Position numbers and translations under genes: made by a program
Shown here: one piece after another, positions 62,324-64,000 of the stretch
Numbering within the stretch: position 1 is the first letter of the stretch
How the letters are laid out: each line of letters begins with the position of its first letter
NCBI GenBank assembly: GCA_016783565.1
Contig: JADHWI010000002.1
Location: forward strand, 39,011-103,010
Direction: 5' to 3'
Length of the DNA: 64,000 nucleotides
Origin: Kiritimatiellia bacterium
GTDB lineage: Bacteria > Verrucomicrobiota > Kiritimatiellia > UBA8416 > JADHWI01
The notes under the pieces: model-generated
Seen by the model: the letters and a program-made list of their open reading frames with translations, nothing else
Databases searched by the model: none
What the model was told of the DNA's origin: nothing

Positions 62324-62765
62324 AGTCTTGGCCCGCTTTTTCCTGGATCACTCACCAGTGCGTGGCACAGGATCCACGATCTGGGGAGATATTTTTCTAA
62401 CGCTTGTAGACCATGACGCGATGCGCGATGCGAACACCAGCTTCTTTGAAAAAACCGAAACCACTGACGTCATCAGCGCAGCCTACAGCCCCATACCCGG
62501 TGCGGAATGTCTCCATACTGCAGATATCATTGTCAATGCTGAGCTAGCCATCTCAGAAGGCTCCAAGCGGCCACACACGCGCAAGGGATCACACTGGGGA
62601 ATTACGGGTGAACTGGCCCTTTACATCGCGCACGGTTGCGATCATATCCTTGGAGGAGAAGACAATACCGCACAAGAACGCCAAGCCATGCGCCGACGGG
62701 AGCTGCGGTGGATACAGCAAGCCCGGGAGAAGGGACTTCTGGATAAACTGGTCGCCATACCGTAG
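62265..62765 (+). CDS. ybeY: rRNA maturation endoribonuclease YbeY
   Basis: HGCDHILGGEDNT matches the zinc-binding HGxLHLxGxxH motif. The 59-nt overlap with pgpH suggests the true start may lie downstream. Confidence 0.8.
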   Translation: MKITAISRQRRLQVNLQAAEVLARFFLDHSPVRGTGSTIWGDIFLTLVDHDAMRDANTSFFEKTETTDVISAAYSPIPGAECLHTADIIVNAELAISEGSKRPHTRKGSHWGITGELALYIAHGCDHILGGEDNTAQERQAMRRRELRWIQQAREKGLLDKLVAIP

Positions 62766-62860
62766 ACTTTATCTGTATGCCCTGAGTACAGCGTGGCATT
62801 ACACGCCCGCGGCCGAAGCCGTGTAACGGGATGCTATACTTCTCGCAATGAACTGAAACC

Positions 62861-63646
62861 ATGCAACAGATCGAAAAAAATGAAGCGATTGTCCTGAGAA
62901 TCATTCCATTCTCAGAGACCTCTCAAATTGTGACATGGCTTACGCCGGACCGAGGCCGGATCGCCACCATGGTCAAAGGCGCTCGTCGCGCCAAGAGCCC
63001 ATTTCTTGGTCAATACGACCAGTTCTACACATGCGAGCTTGTTTATTATCTCCGTGAGCATGCGGGCATTCACATCGCGCGCGAATGCTTTCCCTTGAAA
63101 ACACGGTCCAATTTACGCACGCAGTGGCGCGCAACGGCGATAGCTTCATATGCGGTGGACCTGACAGGCAAAGCCTCTCTTGAGGGAGGACACCAACAAG
63201 AACTTTACGATCTACTGCAGTTCATGCTCGACTTTCTGAGCCAAAAAAACACCCTCGCCGAAACCCCTCCGCGCATCGCCATTATCTTCTGGTTAGAGCT
63301 ACACCTTCTAGCAACGCTGGGCTTTGCACCCCATCTCAAGACCTGCACAGACTGCGGACGCACAATTCATGCAGGGCATTCTGCGCACTACTCATTTAGA
63401 CGCAATGGTGTGGTCTGCAACCAATGCCCCACCACAGAGTCGCAATCTCAACTGCTCTTACGGCCCGATGTTCTGGCCATACTAAACATCTGGGCAAAGT
63501 CATCTACCCCAAAATCCGCAGCAAACACCGTGCTCAACAAAGATCAAGTCTTTGCCTTGCGCCTCCTGTTTGATACTCTTTTAGAGCAATTGGCAGGTGT
63601 CAAAACGACAAACCGCCAATGGGTTGAAGAAGCGCTTGTGAATTAA
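62861..63646 (+). CDS. recO: DNA repair protein RecO
   Basis: OB-fold N-terminus (EAIVLRIIPFSETSQIV) and C-terminal Cys4 zinc motif (CTDCGR…CNQC). 261 aa. Confidence 0.85.
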   Translation: MQQIEKNEAIVLRIIPFSETSQIVTWLTPDRGRIATMVKGARRAKSPFLGQYDQFYTCELVYYLREHAGIHIARECFPLKTRSNLRTQWRATAIASYAVDLTGKASLEGGHQQELYDLLQFMLDFLSQKNTLAETPPRIAIIFWLELHLLATLGFAPHLKTCTDCGRTIHAGHSAHYSFRRNGVVCNQCPTTESQSQLLLRPDVLAILNIWAKSSTPKSAANTVLNKDQVFALRLLFDTLLEQLAGVKTTNRQWVEEALVN

Positions 63647-63700
63647 TGACCACTCGGCCATTATCCAAAAAGCTCTGATGACAACAACGGAGAAGACAAC

Positions 63701-64000
63701 ATGAACCAGCGAAACACATCCCTTATCCTTATTCTCACAGCTACAGCAGCATTTTTGTCGGGCTGTGGCGACAAGAGCAAGCCTGTCGCTCCGGAAAACG
63801 CAAAGCCTGTGCTGTCACCGGAACAAATTCCGGCAACGAGTGCAGCCGACCTGTTAACGCGTGATCCCGGCACTGTTCTCGCAAAAGTCAGCGGCACTGA
63901 ATTCACACTCGCTGAGGCAACTGTTGAGATCGAAAAGCGACTCCGTGCAGCAAAGCAACGCGATCCTGAGCTGGACGATGCAAAAACACGCCAGCAATTA
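63701..64000 (+). CDS. Lipoprotein, 5' partial (runs off window end); possibly a SurA/PpiD-like chaperone N-terminus
   Basis: ATG preceded by a GGAG SD. MNQRNTSLILILTATAAFLSGC carries a lipobox. Open frame to the window end. Not in the ORF track because it has no stop. Confidence 0.45.
   Translation, partial: MNQRNTSLILILTATAAFLSGCGDKSKPVAPENAKPVLSPEQIPATSAADLLTRDPGTVLAKVSGTEFTLAEATVEIEKRLRAAKQRDPELDDAKTRQQL

Noticed and set aside
63661-63906. 81-aa ORF on the - strand
   Set aside because: Antisense to the start of a much better supported + strand lipoprotein gene (GGAG SD, ATG at 63701, lipobox).
1-64000. CRISPR arrays, rRNA genes, IS elements, integrases/prophage
   Set aside because: I scanned intergenic regions and ORF translations. 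I found no regularly spaced direct repeats, no transposase or integrase-like ORFs, and no rRNA-like segments. The only stable RNA gene found is tRNA-Thr at 59188..59263.

Overview
This 64-kb window is a gene-dense chromosomal segment, about 55% GC, from what looks like a Verrucomicrobia/PVC-type bacterium, and it is almost entirely housekeeping. It opens with a type II secretion / pseudopilus cluster in the order gspF-G-H-I-J-K-L-M-D, then a short accessory-looking stretch of hypothetical genes at 9.0-13.9 kb. The rest includes isoprenoid genes (dxs, ispD), nadK, tlyA, five aminoacyl-tRNA synthetases (glyQS, argS, glnS, gltX adjacent), prfB, lnt, secA, dut, lon, cca, gltA, holA, a pgpH-ybeY pair, recO and one tRNA-Thr(CGT). 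I found no rRNA, CRISPR array, IS element or prophage. Nothing here convincingly amounts to a novel multi-gene system; the observations most worth a second look are individual oddities. (1) prfB carries the canonical programmed +1 frameshift site CTT TGA C, which the ORF track misses; its first 23 codons lie at 32899..32831. (2) A hybrid histidine kinase (REC-HisKA-HATPase-REC) is split into two ORFs exactly at a C9 homopolymer inside the ATPase domain. (3) A ~200-nt GC-rich intergenic element between holA and pgpH is closed by a perfect 13-nt inverted repeat and contains two inverted copies of a 22-nt hairpin module. (4) A ~32-nt motif recurs in two convergent intergenic regions. (5) A 458-aa protein combines an RD/RG-rich tract with eukaryote-like C2H2 zinc-finger spacing. 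(6) A thymidylate-synthase-fold protein with a ~150-aa N-terminal extension sits next to dut. Minus-strand coordinates derived by hand may be off by 1 nt.
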